A DNA stretch of 64,000 nt, taken from positions 383,586 through 447,585 of the forward strand of contig RQSC01000026.1 in the NCBI GenBank assembly GCA_013416795.1, read 5' to 3'. Below the pieces are notes generated by a model. That model was not told the origin of the DNA. It ran no database searches and saw only the letters and a program-made list of their open reading frames with translations. Positions 21,033 to 31,800 of this stretch are shown here, piece after piece. Both the position numbers and the translations under genes were made by a program. Position 1 is the first letter of the stretch; each line of letters begins with the position of its first letter. Source of the stretch: Prasinococcaceae sp. CCMP 1430 (lineage: Eukaryota; Plantae; Prasinodermophyta).

Positions 21033-22802
21033 TCAAACGCACGCACGCAGACCCTCAACGAAACTGCCCTCCAGTTCTTGCAGCAGGGCTCGGATGTCGT
21101 CCAGCGCCCCTCCGAACGAGACATCGCCCGCAAGCGAGAGCGAGTCCATAACATTCCCGAGGTCTTCATCAACCTCGCCACCCTCAGCACATGCCCACGA
21201 GGTCAGCAGTTTGTCTGAACGCACGATAGCCTCGCAGGCCTCCGCCGCACGCACGGCCGCGTCCGCCACTTCGGTACCCACGCTTGTGTTGCCCTCTTTG
21301 ACCGCCGCCACTACCACGCGAATGAGACTTCTTGTAAGCTCGAGAAACTCCGTGTTCGTCGCTCGGAGGTCGGCTTTGGCAGACTCCCTGTACTCGCCAA
21401 CAGCGAGCTCCGAGGTGCTCCGAGCACACTTCGTCAGGCGCTCCCATGCGCAGAGCACATCGTCGTCCGATTTGGCACCGAGCTTAGCGCGCAGGCGCTC
21501 GCGTTGTGCCTCACGCCTGGCCTCCGCATCTGCTGCGCGCGCTCGCATGGCAGCTCGAATGCCGTCAATCGTCTCTTGGTCTCGCACCAGCGCAGCCTCC
21601 TCGGCCTCCAGAGCGCGCCTTCGCTCCGCGAGCGCTGTAGCACGCGCATCCAGCGCGTGCTGCGCGCCGTCGTGCTCAGATAGCGAGGCAGCGAGCGCAG
21701 CGCGCGCCGCCGCGGACTGTGCGTCGAGACTATCAATTTCTGGCCACAGTGCTGCGCGCTGGTCGGCCAGCATCGTGCGTAGGCCACTCACGGCGTCGTC
21801 CCACGCGCCAAGCGAATGCTGCGCGGACTCAGCAGCGCCGTCGAATATGTGCATTCGCTCCTCGTGCGCGTGCCGCACACTCTCGCACATCTGGAGGAGC
21901 TCGTGCGCGTGGACACCTCCCGTGCCCGTAGAAGGCTTTTGCGTCTCGTCCGCGCGCTCCGCCTGCGCCTGCAGCATCATCCCCCGTACTCCACGCGCGG
22001 CCCTCGCCAACGAGTCCGCACGCGTGGAGTGCTTGAGGCCCCGCACGCAGTCGTGCACCAACGCGAGCGCATTCATCCCCTTCGATGCATTTGCGTCGGT
22101 CCGCACGCGGCCAAGGGTGATCCGGTCGAGCTCCGCCTTGGCAGCGTTGCTGCCATCGGCCGAGTCGCCCAGCCTCCCCAGGGCCTCCATGGCGTCGAGC
22201 AGCCGCACGTGTGAGTCTGCGCCGCCCGCGCCCGCCTTTGATACCAAGGTGACACTAAGAAGGGCCTCCAATGCATCTCGCTCCTCCTGCTCGCGTGGAG
22301 GGGCGTCCACAGCACCGCCTGCTCGCGCGTCTTGGAGGATGGCGGCGACGTGCGCTCGTGCGGCGCCCTCAACTGCGGCGCTGAGCAGCAGCACGTGGCG
22401 GAATGCAGGGACGTCCAGCGCGCGCAGCGTGCGCACAGCGACCTGTCGGCTCTCCGCCTGGCGTGGCAGACTTTCTGCGTCCGCGGCGCGCGGAGGAGGC
22501 GAGGAGCTGCCTTCCGGGCCGTCGTGGTGCTCCCTGTACTTTCTAAGCAGGGGCACGCCGGGCGCGAGCGTGCTCTCCCACTCGCTCACACTGGCGACAT
22601 GACCCTCTAGAGCGCGTACCCACAGCCTCGCAGCGCGCGCTCGCCGCGTTCCATCCGGCTGCGCGCCCGCCGCCTCTAGGAACGCCTCTGCCGAGAGCAG
22701 GTCGGCGTCTGCCACGAAGGCGAGCGCCTCCACGCCGGCCGAAGTGGCCTGCGCACGCTGCAGGCGGAGCGCAAGCGGCGGCCGCTGCGTGGCAGCGGCC
22801 AT
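21033..22802 (-). CDS. Hypothetical alpha-helical/coiled-coil protein
   Basis: About 590-codon ORF with coding-like composition and a coiled-coil C-terminal half. No family recognised. Confidence 0.6.
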   Translation of the reverse strand: MAAATQRPPLALRLQRAQATSAGVEALAFVADADLLSAEAFLEAAGAQPDGTRRARAARLWVRALEGHVASVSEWESTLAPGVPLLRKYREHHDGPEGSSSPPPRAADAESLPRQAESRQVAVRTLRALDVPAFRHVLLLSAAVEGAARAHVAAILQDARAGGAVDAPPREQEERDALEALLSVTLVSKAGAGGADSHVRLLDAMEALGRLGDSADGSNAAKAELDRITLGRVRTDANASKGMNALALVHDCVRGLKHSTRADSLARAARGVRGMMLQAQAERADETQKPSTGTGGVHAHELLQMCESVRHAHEERMHIFDGAAESAQHSLGAWDDAVSGLRTMLADQRAALWPEIDSLDAQSAAARAALAASLSEHDGAQHALDARATALAERRRALEAEEAALVRDQETIDGIRAAMRARAADAEARREAQRERLRAKLGAKSDDDVLCAWERLTKCARSTSELAVGEYRESAKADLRATNTEFLELTRSLIRVVVAAVKEGNTSVGTEVADAAVRAAEACEAIVRSDKLLTSWACAEGGEVDEDLGNVMDSLSLAGDVSFGGALDDIRALLQELEGSFVEGLRACV

Positions 22803-23388
22803 GGCCCCGCTGCTGCGTGCTCCTGGAGACACGGCCCCCCTCCCCCCCTCCTTTCCCCAAGCCCCCCCACCCCACCCCACCCTCCTCTCCCCCACCCCCT
22901 TCCCACCACCGACAGCACGCTGCCGACCGCGCGCCGTGTGCCGTGCGCTGCCGGTCCCCTGCCGCCGCCGCCGGCAGCGCCGGCGCCGCCGCCTCCGCCT
23001 CCGCCGCTGCTGTGTGCTCTCACCGCTGTTCCCCGAACGCGTCCGCTGCCTGCGCGGCCGTTCGAACGCCGCCCGGCGCTACTCTATCAGTCAGTCAGTC
23101 AATACGCATCGCCCCCCCCCCCCCCGCGGCCTCGCCCGTCGCCTCACGCAACCCCAACCCTCAACCCGAACGTAAATACCATCAACATGCATCGCTCATC
23201 CGCTCGGACACAAACCCTCTAAACGGCACTTTTTCGAGGGAAGTCAGCCGTGGGTAATGTTGAGGTATTTTGTTATGTGTGGAGTGTGCGTTCGCGCGCG
23301 CGCTCGAATTCGCGCGGCGTCGGGCGCGCGCGCGCGGGCGGCACGCAAGTGGACGCGGTGGCGTTTCCAGACGGCGTCGGCCGCGACG

Positions 23389-26385
23389 ATGGCGCCGTCG
23401 TCGCGCACGCGCGGCACGCACGGCGTTGCGCCAGTGATCGTGGCGCGCGTGCGGCCACAGGCGGGGGCTGCCGCAATAGGCGGCGCAGGGGGGGGCGCCA
23501 CGGCGCTCGCGGCGCGCTCCGACGTGGTCGCGAGCCGCAACCGGGTGACGCTCGTCAAGCCCGGGGCGACAACCGGACAGGGGTACGAGGAGCACGAGCT
23601 GGACTACTGCTACGGCCCTGAGGCCACATCCAACGACATCTACCGGCGCACGCTCGAACCCATTGTGCGGCGCGTCGTCGATGGTGTCAACGCCACCGTG
23701 CTCACGCTCGGTTCGACGGGCAGCGGCAAGACGCACACCCTTGAGGGCGCCCCCACCGCGGCGACCGGGGAGGAGGGCGTGATCGTGCGCGCAGTGAAGG
23801 GGCTCTTCGAGATGCTGCACACCAAGGCGCGAAGCGAGGGCGAGCGCACCTCGGCGTCGGGAACGCGCGTCGGCAGGGAGTACGAGTACGAGGTCGAGAC
23901 GCACTTCGTCGAGATTCTGGAGGAGAAATGCCGGGACCTGTACGCGCCGACCACGGACGGCTCGGGCGGCACCGGCGGCGCGGGGAGCCTGTCGGTGTCC
24001 GAGACCGCCGAGGACGGGTTCTACGTGGCCAACCTGAGCGCCCGCGAATGCAGCGACGCCACCTCATTCGCTGAGCATTTCGCCGAGGCGCGGCGGCGGC
24101 GCGACACCAGCGAGACCGACATGGGCCTCACGCAAGAGCGTACGGCGGCGCTGCTCACTGTTCGCGTCAGGCAGGTGCAACCGCCGGGTTCTGGCAGTCT
24201 CATGGACAAGCCCACGCGCCTGGTGAGCACGCTCACTTTCGTGGATACGCCGGGGAGCGAGAGGCTCGGCATGGACCCCGAAGTGCTGAGGCTCCGCGAG
24301 GGGCCCACCCTCAACAAGGGCCTCCTCGCCCTCGGCCGTTGCGTACGCTCGCTCTCCGATCCGTCGACCGTCGAGTTCGCCGACCCGAGCGAGTCGATCC
24401 TCACCAGCCTCCTCGGTGGCTTCCTGGGAGGAAACTCGCTCGCCGTGGTTGTCGCGACGCTACGCGGTGGTGACTACGGCAACAGCACCACGACTATGGG
24501 CTACGTGGAACGCCTGCGCCGCATGCGCACGTTCCCAGTGCGCAACGGCGATGAGGCACGCGGCCTCCTGCGCAAGCTGCGGGCGGCGCGCATGCACGTG
24601 CAGGAAGCCCGCCGCGCGGAGGCGCAGCGCCTCGAGGCCCTCGCCGCCGAGGGAATTCCGGGCGGGTTGTCGGCCCAGCTCGCGCGCGTCCACGACCTGG
24701 AGGGGCAGCTGCTCGCCGAGCGCGAATCAAACGCTACTTTGCAAGAGGAGCAAGCTGCGCTGCAAGGGCGCATCGCGCGCCTGCGTGAGCAGGGAGACAG
24801 CGCGCTTGGGTCCACCGAGGAGCTGCAGGCTGCGCTCGTTCGCTCTGAGGAAGGACGTCTCGAAGTGAGCAAAGTGCTCATCGAGCTTGAGATGGAGTAC
24901 ACGCGCTCCAAGGAGGAGGCTGACGGCAAGGCACACCGCCTTGAGGAGCGCGTGCTGCAGCTCGAAGCTGAGCAACTGGAGCGCGCGGTGCGCTCAGACG
25001 CCGACAGCGTCGCCCGCAACGAGCTTGAGACGCTGGCGTCTAGCCTCACCGCCGAGCGCGACGAAAAAGTCGCGGAGCTTGAGGCAGAGCGCCTCAAGCT
25101 GGCGGGCATGACGGAGGAACGCGAGGCAGCTGTGCGCATGCGCGACAAACTGAGCGCATCCACTGCGCGCGCAGAGCGTGAGGCGGCCGATCTGCGCCAG
25201 CGCCTCGCGGCCGACCAGGACGTCGTCAAGGCTGCCATCCGCGATCGCGAGCGGATCAAAGAGGAGGAGCGGATCAAAGAGGGACTGTTGCGCGAGAAGG
25301 CAGAGCTTGAGGCCCGCGCCGATGCTGCCACCAAGGAGGTGACGCTGTCGCGTGTGGCGCTTGATGACGCGCGTGGAGAGTTTCGCAGGCAGCTCATGCA
25401 GCTGCTCAACGACGTCGGGGAGCTCAGCAGAAACGTGCAGGGGGGCAGCGGGGACGGCAATGCGAGCGCGGGTGTGAACAACTTCCACTCGCTGGTCGAG
25501 TCGCTGGTGAGCGAGCTGAGCAAGCAGAGCGACGTATCGACGCGCAGGCACGACAATGAAATGGACGAGCGAGAGAAGGCGCTCGTTGAGGCGCGGAGGG
25601 CGGTGAGGGCGCTCAAGGGGGGATACCGGGATCTCAGGTACAGACTTGAGGACCTGGGAGCGGCGAACGCCGTGCCGCACGAAGACGAGGTGGCGCACAC
25701 GGTGGACAGCGGCGCTGGCGAGGCCGAGGAGGCCACCCGGCGAGGCGTGGCCGCCCTCCGCGAGCACTGTCGCTCCCTGGAGCAACAGCTCAACTCCTAC
25801 AGAATCGCCATGGTCACTGGCAAGCCGACGAAGGACATGCGCGGTGCCGACGTCGAGTCAGTCCTTTCCGCGACGCGCGACGCGAAGCAGCTCGCCGAAG
25901 AGAACGAGGCACTCCGCAAAGCTCTCGACCGCATGCGAACACACGGCGCACACACGGCTGCGGGCGCGGGCGTGCCCGCGCCCGCCGGGGCGATTGTGGC
26001 GGATCTCGAGGTGGAAAACAAGGTGCTCCAGCGCAAGCTCGACGTGCTGCTGCAAGAAGACCCAGCAAAGGTCTCACTTGCCGAACAGGTGGTCAAGCTG
26101 AAGGATGAGATCGCGAGGAAGGCCCGTGGGGGCGGCAACGCAGGAGATGGCGGAGACGGAGACGACCTGTCGTACGCGTCGCTGCGCAAGCAGATGAAGG
26201 AGTTCGTGATCAACACACAGGCGGACCTCGAACGTGACAAGGCGAAGCTGCAAGCGCGTTGTCTGTCTGCGGAGGGCCAGCTTGAGGAGCTCAACGAGTA
26301 CATGAAGAAGTCAACCATCTCGTATCAGACCGAGATCATGCGTCTCAGAACTATTCTTGCGAAGCACGACCCGAGCTTCGCGTGA
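23389..26385 (+). CDS. Divergent kinesin motor domain fused to a CCDC78-like coiled coil
   Basis: Kinesin motifs ARVRP, LDYCYG, GSTGSGKTHT, FVDTPGSE, NKGLLALG, LGGNS. CCDC78-like segments EEGRLEVSKVLIELEME and KQMKEFVINTQADLERDKAKLQARCLSAEGQLEELNEYM..YQTEIMRLR. Confidence 0.8.
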   Translation: MAPSSRTRGTHGVAPVIVARVRPQAGAAAIGGAGGGATALAARSDVVASRNRVTLVKPGATTGQGYEEHELDYCYGPEATSNDIYRRTLEPIVRRVVDGVNATVLTLGSTGSGKTHTLEGAPTAATGEEGVIVRAVKGLFEMLHTKARSEGERTSASGTRVGREYEYEVETHFVEILEEKCRDLYAPTTDGSGGTGGAGSLSVSETAEDGFYVANLSARECSDATSFAEHFAEARRRRDTSETDMGLTQERTAALLTVRVRQVQPPGSGSLMDKPTRLVSTLTFVDTPGSERLGMDPEVLRLREGPTLNKGLLALGRCVRSLSDPSTVEFADPSESILTSLLGGFLGGNSLAVVVATLRGGDYGNSTTTMGYVERLRRMRTFPVRNGDEARGLLRKLRAARMHVQEARRAEAQRLEALAAEGIPGGLSAQLARVHDLEGQLLAERESNATLQEEQAALQGRIARLREQGDSALGSTEELQAALVRSEEGRLEVSKVLIELEMEYTRSKEEADGKAHRLEERVLQLEAEQLERAVRSDADSVARNELETLASSLTAERDEKVAELEAERLKLAGMTEEREAAVRMRDKLSASTARAEREAADLRQRLAADQDVVKAAIRDRERIKEEERIKEGLLREKAELEARADAATKEVTLSRVALDDARGEFRRQLMQLLNDVGELSRNVQGGSGDGNASAGVNNFHSLVESLVSELSKQSDVSTRRHDNEMDEREKALVEARRAVRALKGGYRDLRYRLEDLGAANAVPHEDEVAHTVDSGAGEAEEATRRGVAALREHCRSLEQQLNSYRIAMVTGKPTKDMRGADVESVLSATRDAKQLAEENEALRKALDRMRTHGAHTAAGAGVPAPAGAIVADLEVENKVLQRKLDVLLQEDPAKVSLAEQVVKLKDEIARKARGGGNAGDGGDGDDLSYASLRKQMKEFVINTQADLERDKAKLQARCLSAEGQLEELNEYMKKSTISYQTEIMRLRTILAKHDPSFA

Positions 26386-26503
26386 CTCACAGTATTCTAA
26401 TCATCACAAATTCCGTTCGACCCTCGCACCTCGTCTGCTCGCCGTTTCGCTCGTTCCAGCTCGCTTGCCGCCTGTGCCACACCGTGCGGCGACAGCGCCG
26501 CTG

Positions 26504-27726
26504 ATGGCGCTGCCATTGCGGCGCCGTTCGCGCGCCAGGAAGCACGCAGTCGCTCTCGCCGCGGCGGTGGTGCTTCTCGCCTCCGTTGCTGCGTGCGCAG
26601 CATGGGCGTTTCGCGTGCGCTGGACCGGGGCGGCGCGCCTTCGCCCGCCAGGTGCGGCGCCGATGGGCGCGAGCAGGGGCGGGGTGGCGCGCTACGTTGG
26701 CGAGCGCCTGCGCGCGGTTGGTGCTGGCGCTAGTGCCAACGCACCGCTGTGCGCCGTGCTGGCCGACACCGAGCTTTCCGGGGCAGTGGTACAGTGGGGT
26801 GCCGGGACGCACTTGACCACGCCAGGCGCGTGCTGCACCGCGTGCCGCGAGAACGCAGGGTGCAACGTGTGGGTCCACGAGAACGGCGGAGGCGAGTGCT
26901 GGCTCAAGCACCGCGACAGCCCATGGACGGACGTGGACTTGCTACGCGGGCGCAGCTCGCGATGGTCGTCAGGTGTGCTGGCGGCGGCGTCTGACGAGCC
27001 GCCGCTCGCGGCTGGTGGCGGCACAGTGGGCGCGCCTGCTGCCCACGACGTCGTCATTGCAACGCGCTTGGGTGAGATACGCGTGAGGCTTCGTCGGCGA
27101 CATGCGCCGCTCGCGGCCGCCTTTGTGGACGCCGTCGTCGCAGAGAGCGCCGAGGAGGGCAAGGCTGCGGGCTTGCGCTTCTACAGAGCGGAACCAGTGC
27201 CGCCGACGTGGGGCTCGAGCGATTTGCCCGACACTTGGGATGGGGGACGCTGGGGGCCGCCCTACGCGCTCCTACAGGGCACGCTGAAACCGCAGGGTAG
27301 CACAGTAAAGGCGGCCAAGGCCGATGCGGGCGAGGGCGCGAGGCCAGTGGTGCGGCGCGGCATGCTGGCCTGGGCTGGCGGCGGCGGCGGACCCGATTTC
27401 TTCTGCGCGCTTGCCGATCATCCTGAGGTGCGACGCCCGCGCGCGAGCGCGCACATTGCGTCCACGCACGCTGCCGCGTGCCTTCTGTGCCCAATCGCTC
27501 ACTCGCAACGCTCCGCACGCGCGCGCCAATCCTGCTCCCGCCCTCGCCTTCTTTTCAGTGGGGCAACGGACATACCGTGTGGGGGGAGGTGCTGGACATG
27601 ACTGTGATCGACGAGATCATGCGACAGCCTCTCGTCGTGAAGAACTGGGGGAGCATCAACGCGACTGAGCTCGTGCAGCCAATGGAATTCACGTTGCGCG
27701 CGGGGCCACACGCGCAGAGGTCGTGA
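26504..27726 (+). CDS. Type II membrane protein with a PAN/Apple-like Cys domain and a cyclophilin-like PPIase domain, 2 exons
   Basis: N-terminal TM helix; ACCTACRENAGCNVW..CWLK (PAN/Apple); GEIRVRL, FYRAE, LLQG, PDFF, PE|WGNGHTVWGEV (cyclophilin fold). Intron 27428-27558. Confidence 0.8.
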
Positions 27727-27994
27727 ACATAAGAATTCCATGATTTACAGCTCCTCAGCCCCGAGTCCGAGTCTCTCCATAGACTAAGCACCGACTTGGC
27801 AAGGTTGAGCTTGGTCTGCATTACCTCGGCCTCTGCGAGCTGCGAGCTGCGTGCTGCGTGCTGGGTGCTGTGCACCCGCCTGCGTGGCGCACGCCGCGGA
27901 CAATGCAGCCTGCGCTGCGGGACGCGTGGCCTGCGCCGCAGGCTACGTGCGTACGCGCTACGCCAATGCTTTGCGTCTGAGGCCCGAGCTCAGC

Positions 27995-28717
27995 TCAGTC
28001 GCGCTTGGCGTTGCGTGCCGCGCCGCCACCAGCGAAGGGCGTCGCCGACGGCAGCAGGCGCGCGGAGACGAGCGCGAGCGAGATCACGTACGGAAGCTCG
28101 GGGCCCAGGAAACTGGGCAGATCGGGTGGAGAGAGCGGGCCCGCGGTGAACTCCATCAGCCAGTACTGGAAGATCGCATAGGACTTGCAGCCGACGAACA
28201 TCAGCACCGGCGTCCTCAGCGCGTCGAGGCGCAGGATGAACATGGCGAGCACCGCCACGTAGCCCCACACGAGGCCGTACGCCGACACGCACGTAGCGAC
28301 GCGCAGCCACTCCGGGCGGCTCAGGAAGAGAGGATTGGACGTCTCGGCATACTCGCGCGTGACCCGCACCATGTACGGCTCATGTGCAGATGCGGGCGTC
28401 AGTGGGCTCGAGCAGTAGTGCGTCTCGATCGCTGCGGACGAGCCGGTGAGAAGCAGGGCGCACAAGTCAGCGCTCACACTCGCACAGCAGAGCAGGCGAC
28501 GCCTGCACGCGCGCACATGAGCCCGGTGGGGGCAGTGTGGGGGCAGTTCGGGGGAGGGGCACGCCAGGTGGCAAAAAACGACCTGTAAGCCCACCCGCCT
28601 AGCGATCCGCGCCGCACCGCGCGCGCGCGCGCGTGCGCGCGGCGCACCGACGCAGCTGAACACGAAGAACGCGTTGAGTGCGATGATCAGGTAGTCCACG
28701 CCGCGCGAGGGCCCCAT
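27995..28717 (-). CDS. EXPERA-domain-like (TMEM97/EBP family) membrane protein, 2 exons
   Basis: Several TM helices; motifs IET, YAETSNPLFLSRPEW, ELPY. Intron 28647-28432 (GTGCGC, GCTGAC, CAG). Confidence 0.6.
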   Translation of the reverse strand: MGPSRGVDYLIIALNAFFVFSCVGAPRARARARGAARIARRVGLQVVFCHLACPSPELPPHCPHRAHVRACRRRLLCCASVSADLCALLLTGSSAAIETHYCSSPLTPASAHEPYMVRVTREYAETSNPLFLSRPEWLRVATCVSAYGLVWGYVAVLAMFILRLDALRTPVLMFVGCKSYAIFQYWLMEFTAGPLSPPDLPSFLGPELPYVISLALVSARLLPSATPFAGGGAARNAKRD

Positions 28718-28862
28718 CGGGACGCGCCTGCACCGCGGGCGGCGCGCGCGACCCACTGCGCCACTTCCGCTGAGTGGCAGCAACCGCGCTGCACGCAGCA
28801 CTGTGCGACTTTCAAGAAACGGTGCAGCCTGGGAAAGGCAGGGTATAGTGCCCACGAATTTA

Positions 28863-31800
28863 TTAGAGCGCTTGTGCTTGCGCGCCGGGTGCCGGCGCGG
28901 GCGACGCAGCAGAGGCCTCGAGCCGCGTCACGGGCACGACCTGGCCCTTGGCGGTGCAGAGCTGCAGGAGCCTCTCCGCGAGCGGCTCGGCGCGCAGCGT
29001 GTTTGCGTCGCCCACGAGGACAAGTTTTCTCTGGGCGCGGGTGAGCAGCACGTTGACGCGGCGCCAGTCGGAGAGGAGCCCCTTGGCCCTGCGATCGGGG
29101 TTGGAGCGCACGAAGCTCACGAGCACGCACGGACAGTCGCGGCCCTGGCTCCTATCGACAGTGATCACCTCAGCGGCGGACACTCCGTCAGATCCGCCAT
29201 CCGCCTCCGCTGAGCAGACGGCCAGCCGCTGAGCGATGCACTCCTCCTGCGCACGATACGGTGTGATGACCACAGCGTCGGTCATGCGCAGGCCCGCGGC
29301 GAGCAGTGCACTCAGCGACGAGGTCACCACCGAAACCTCGGCCGGGTTGAAGCGCTCGCCGCTGTTTCCGTCGCCCTTGCACCGCTCGTGCGCGGCGGCG
29401 CCTAGCGGCGAAGTATCCAGAAATACCACGCGCTTCGTCGCATCTGCCACGGCAGCCACCCACTCAGGCCGCGCCGGCGAGCTCGGCGCGAGCGGCTGCA
29501 GGTCCAGCATGCCACTCGCCACAGACTCGTTGCCGCACCGCAGGCGCCCATCGTACACCAGCGAATTCGACAGGTACATGATGTCCTCTGCCATACGATA
29601 CTGCAACGAGAGCGTCACCAAAGCCTGAGGCTGCGTTTTGGCGAGCCGTTCGAAGAGGCTCACGCCAAGTCCGCCCTCACGGGCTGCCTCCGATCTGACC
29701 AGCGGCGGCAGCTGGTTGAGGTCGCCCACCAGCACAAAGCGTCGCGCGAGCAGCAACGGGCCCAGAATAATGGGCAGCGAGAGCTGGCCCGCCTCATCGA
29801 CGATGCACACGTCGAAGCGCTGGTGCGCGAAGAAGTCCTGTGCCGACGCCAGGCACGTCGAGGCCACCACGCGCGCGCGCGTCACCTTAAGTGCGAGCTT
29901 AGCGGGGTCGCTTGACACGGAGGCGAGCGTGAAGGGCCGGACCTTGCCTGACACTTGCTCCTCGCGACCGATGCGCAGCACTGGCGCGTTTTCATCCGAG
30001 TCGATCAAGCGCTCGAGCAGGTTGTCGACTGCACTGTGCGTGTGGCAGGTGAGCAGCACACGCTTGCCTGCCATGGCGAGCGCACGGATGCAGGCGGCGA
30101 TGGTGGCGCTCTTGCCCGTGCCAGGCATGCCTTGAACGAGTGCGTACTCCTCGGTGCGCATCACGTGGCACACCGTATTGAGCTGGTCGGCATTCAGCCC
30201 ACGCGCCCACGGTTGCTGCGCGACCATCGCGACATTGAAAGACTTTGCATCCGCAAAGCGGGGCGGGCGGCCGTGGATGATGAGTTCGCGCAGGCGCTGC
30301 GCGGTGTCGCCGTCGGGCGTGCCGCCCGGCGCTGCCAGCCTGAGCACGTTGCCTCGCATTGTAGGGACGCCGACGGGCCCGTTGCTCTGACGATCGATGC
30401 GCCACTCCGTGGCCTCACGCGGAGGGCCTCCAGGCGCGGACACGAGCGCTCGACGAAGTGCCACGGTGATCTCAACGCCCGTTGGGCCGCCCTTGACCAG
30501 CCCTGCAGCCATCGGCACCGCCGGGCCGTGCGGTGGCACCGCGCTCACCATCACATAGTCGCCGTCGCGCAGGTTGCAACGCCTGGCCTTGGCTGACGCG
30601 TTGGACGCCTCCGACGCGCCGGAGCCACCGCTGGCCGGCGCGCCATCGCTTGAGGCATGCGCGCCAGGCTGGGCAAGCTGCCGCTCGCGGAACGAGTACA
30701 CGTAGCTCCCGCCGAGCATCCGGTCGCTGCCCTTGCGTCCATTGCCACTCTCCGTGGGCGGTACGAGCTCCAGGCCAGCCATCGAGCGCGGGCCGGGAGG
30801 CATCGTCCACGCCGGCATGGCGCGCGTGATGGCCTCCGCCGCCACGGAGGCGGCGCTCCTGCCTTCTTTGTCGGGGCGCACGTCCACAGCCTCGAGCTCG
30901 ATCAGGCGCAGCCAATTACGAACGAAGGCCTTCTCGTCGTCGACCAGATGACCGGCGTGCTGAGCGTAGTGCCCAGGGACACCGCTGCTCTGTTCCCCTC
31001 CGTTCTCGAGCGCGGCATGCGCGACCATGCACTCGGGCCGCGAGCGGCACCACTTGCAGTTGCTCTCGCTGCTTGCCATCGACGGCAGCGCCAGGGCACC
31101 ACCTGGCCGCAGCTTGGATGCGAGCAGGTTTCGGCGACACATGAGCGCCACCACGTCTGAGCGCGCTGGCCGTACGCCACGCATGGCCGCCGGCTTGGTA
31201 TACAGCAAAAGTCCGTCCGGCAAGTCCCTAGTTTGGTACCTGTCCTGCAGCATAAGAGAATATAGCATCACCTGCGCCTTGTGCTCGGCATCTTTTGGCT
31301 TGCCTGTCTTGAACTCCAGCGGCATCACCATGTCGCGTGTCGTTGGCTGTTGTGGCGCCCGGCTGCGCGCCATCGCACTCGGCGCGCACTCGACCTGCCC
31401 ATTGAGCGTCGCGTCAATCGCTCCCTTGAGCCCGAGCCGCGCCGAATGTATGGACTCCTCTATGTCCACCACGCGATCAAGCCGGAAGCGGTTTTCGTCA
31501 CGCGAGTTGAAATCTAGCGGGACGTGCTGTTTGTTGGGCCCCAGGAAGGTCTTCGCCCAATCAGAGATGGGGGCGTAGTGCTCCTGCATCTTGCCAAGCG
31601 CATCAGCGGTGGACACCCCGGCCGCGTGCAATTGCTCGTTGTTGCGCATCACAATCTCGGTGGCCTCCAGGGCGATCATGTCCAGATCAGCAGCATCGAC
31701 GCCCTCCTTAATGACGCCCTGAAATAGTTCGTGCAGCATGGTGCCCGTGAGGGCGGCCGTGCGGTCACCCTCGGCATACTTCACCGTCTCTTGCAGGACT

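Noticed and set aside
23257-23388. Upstream extensions in the ORF track (e.g. kinesin from 23257, DUO3-like from 33276, NUF2 from 57907, transporter from 44066)
   Set aside because: They start at GTG/TTG or read through promoter-like GC repeats. Conserved sequence begins after the downstream ATGs chosen.
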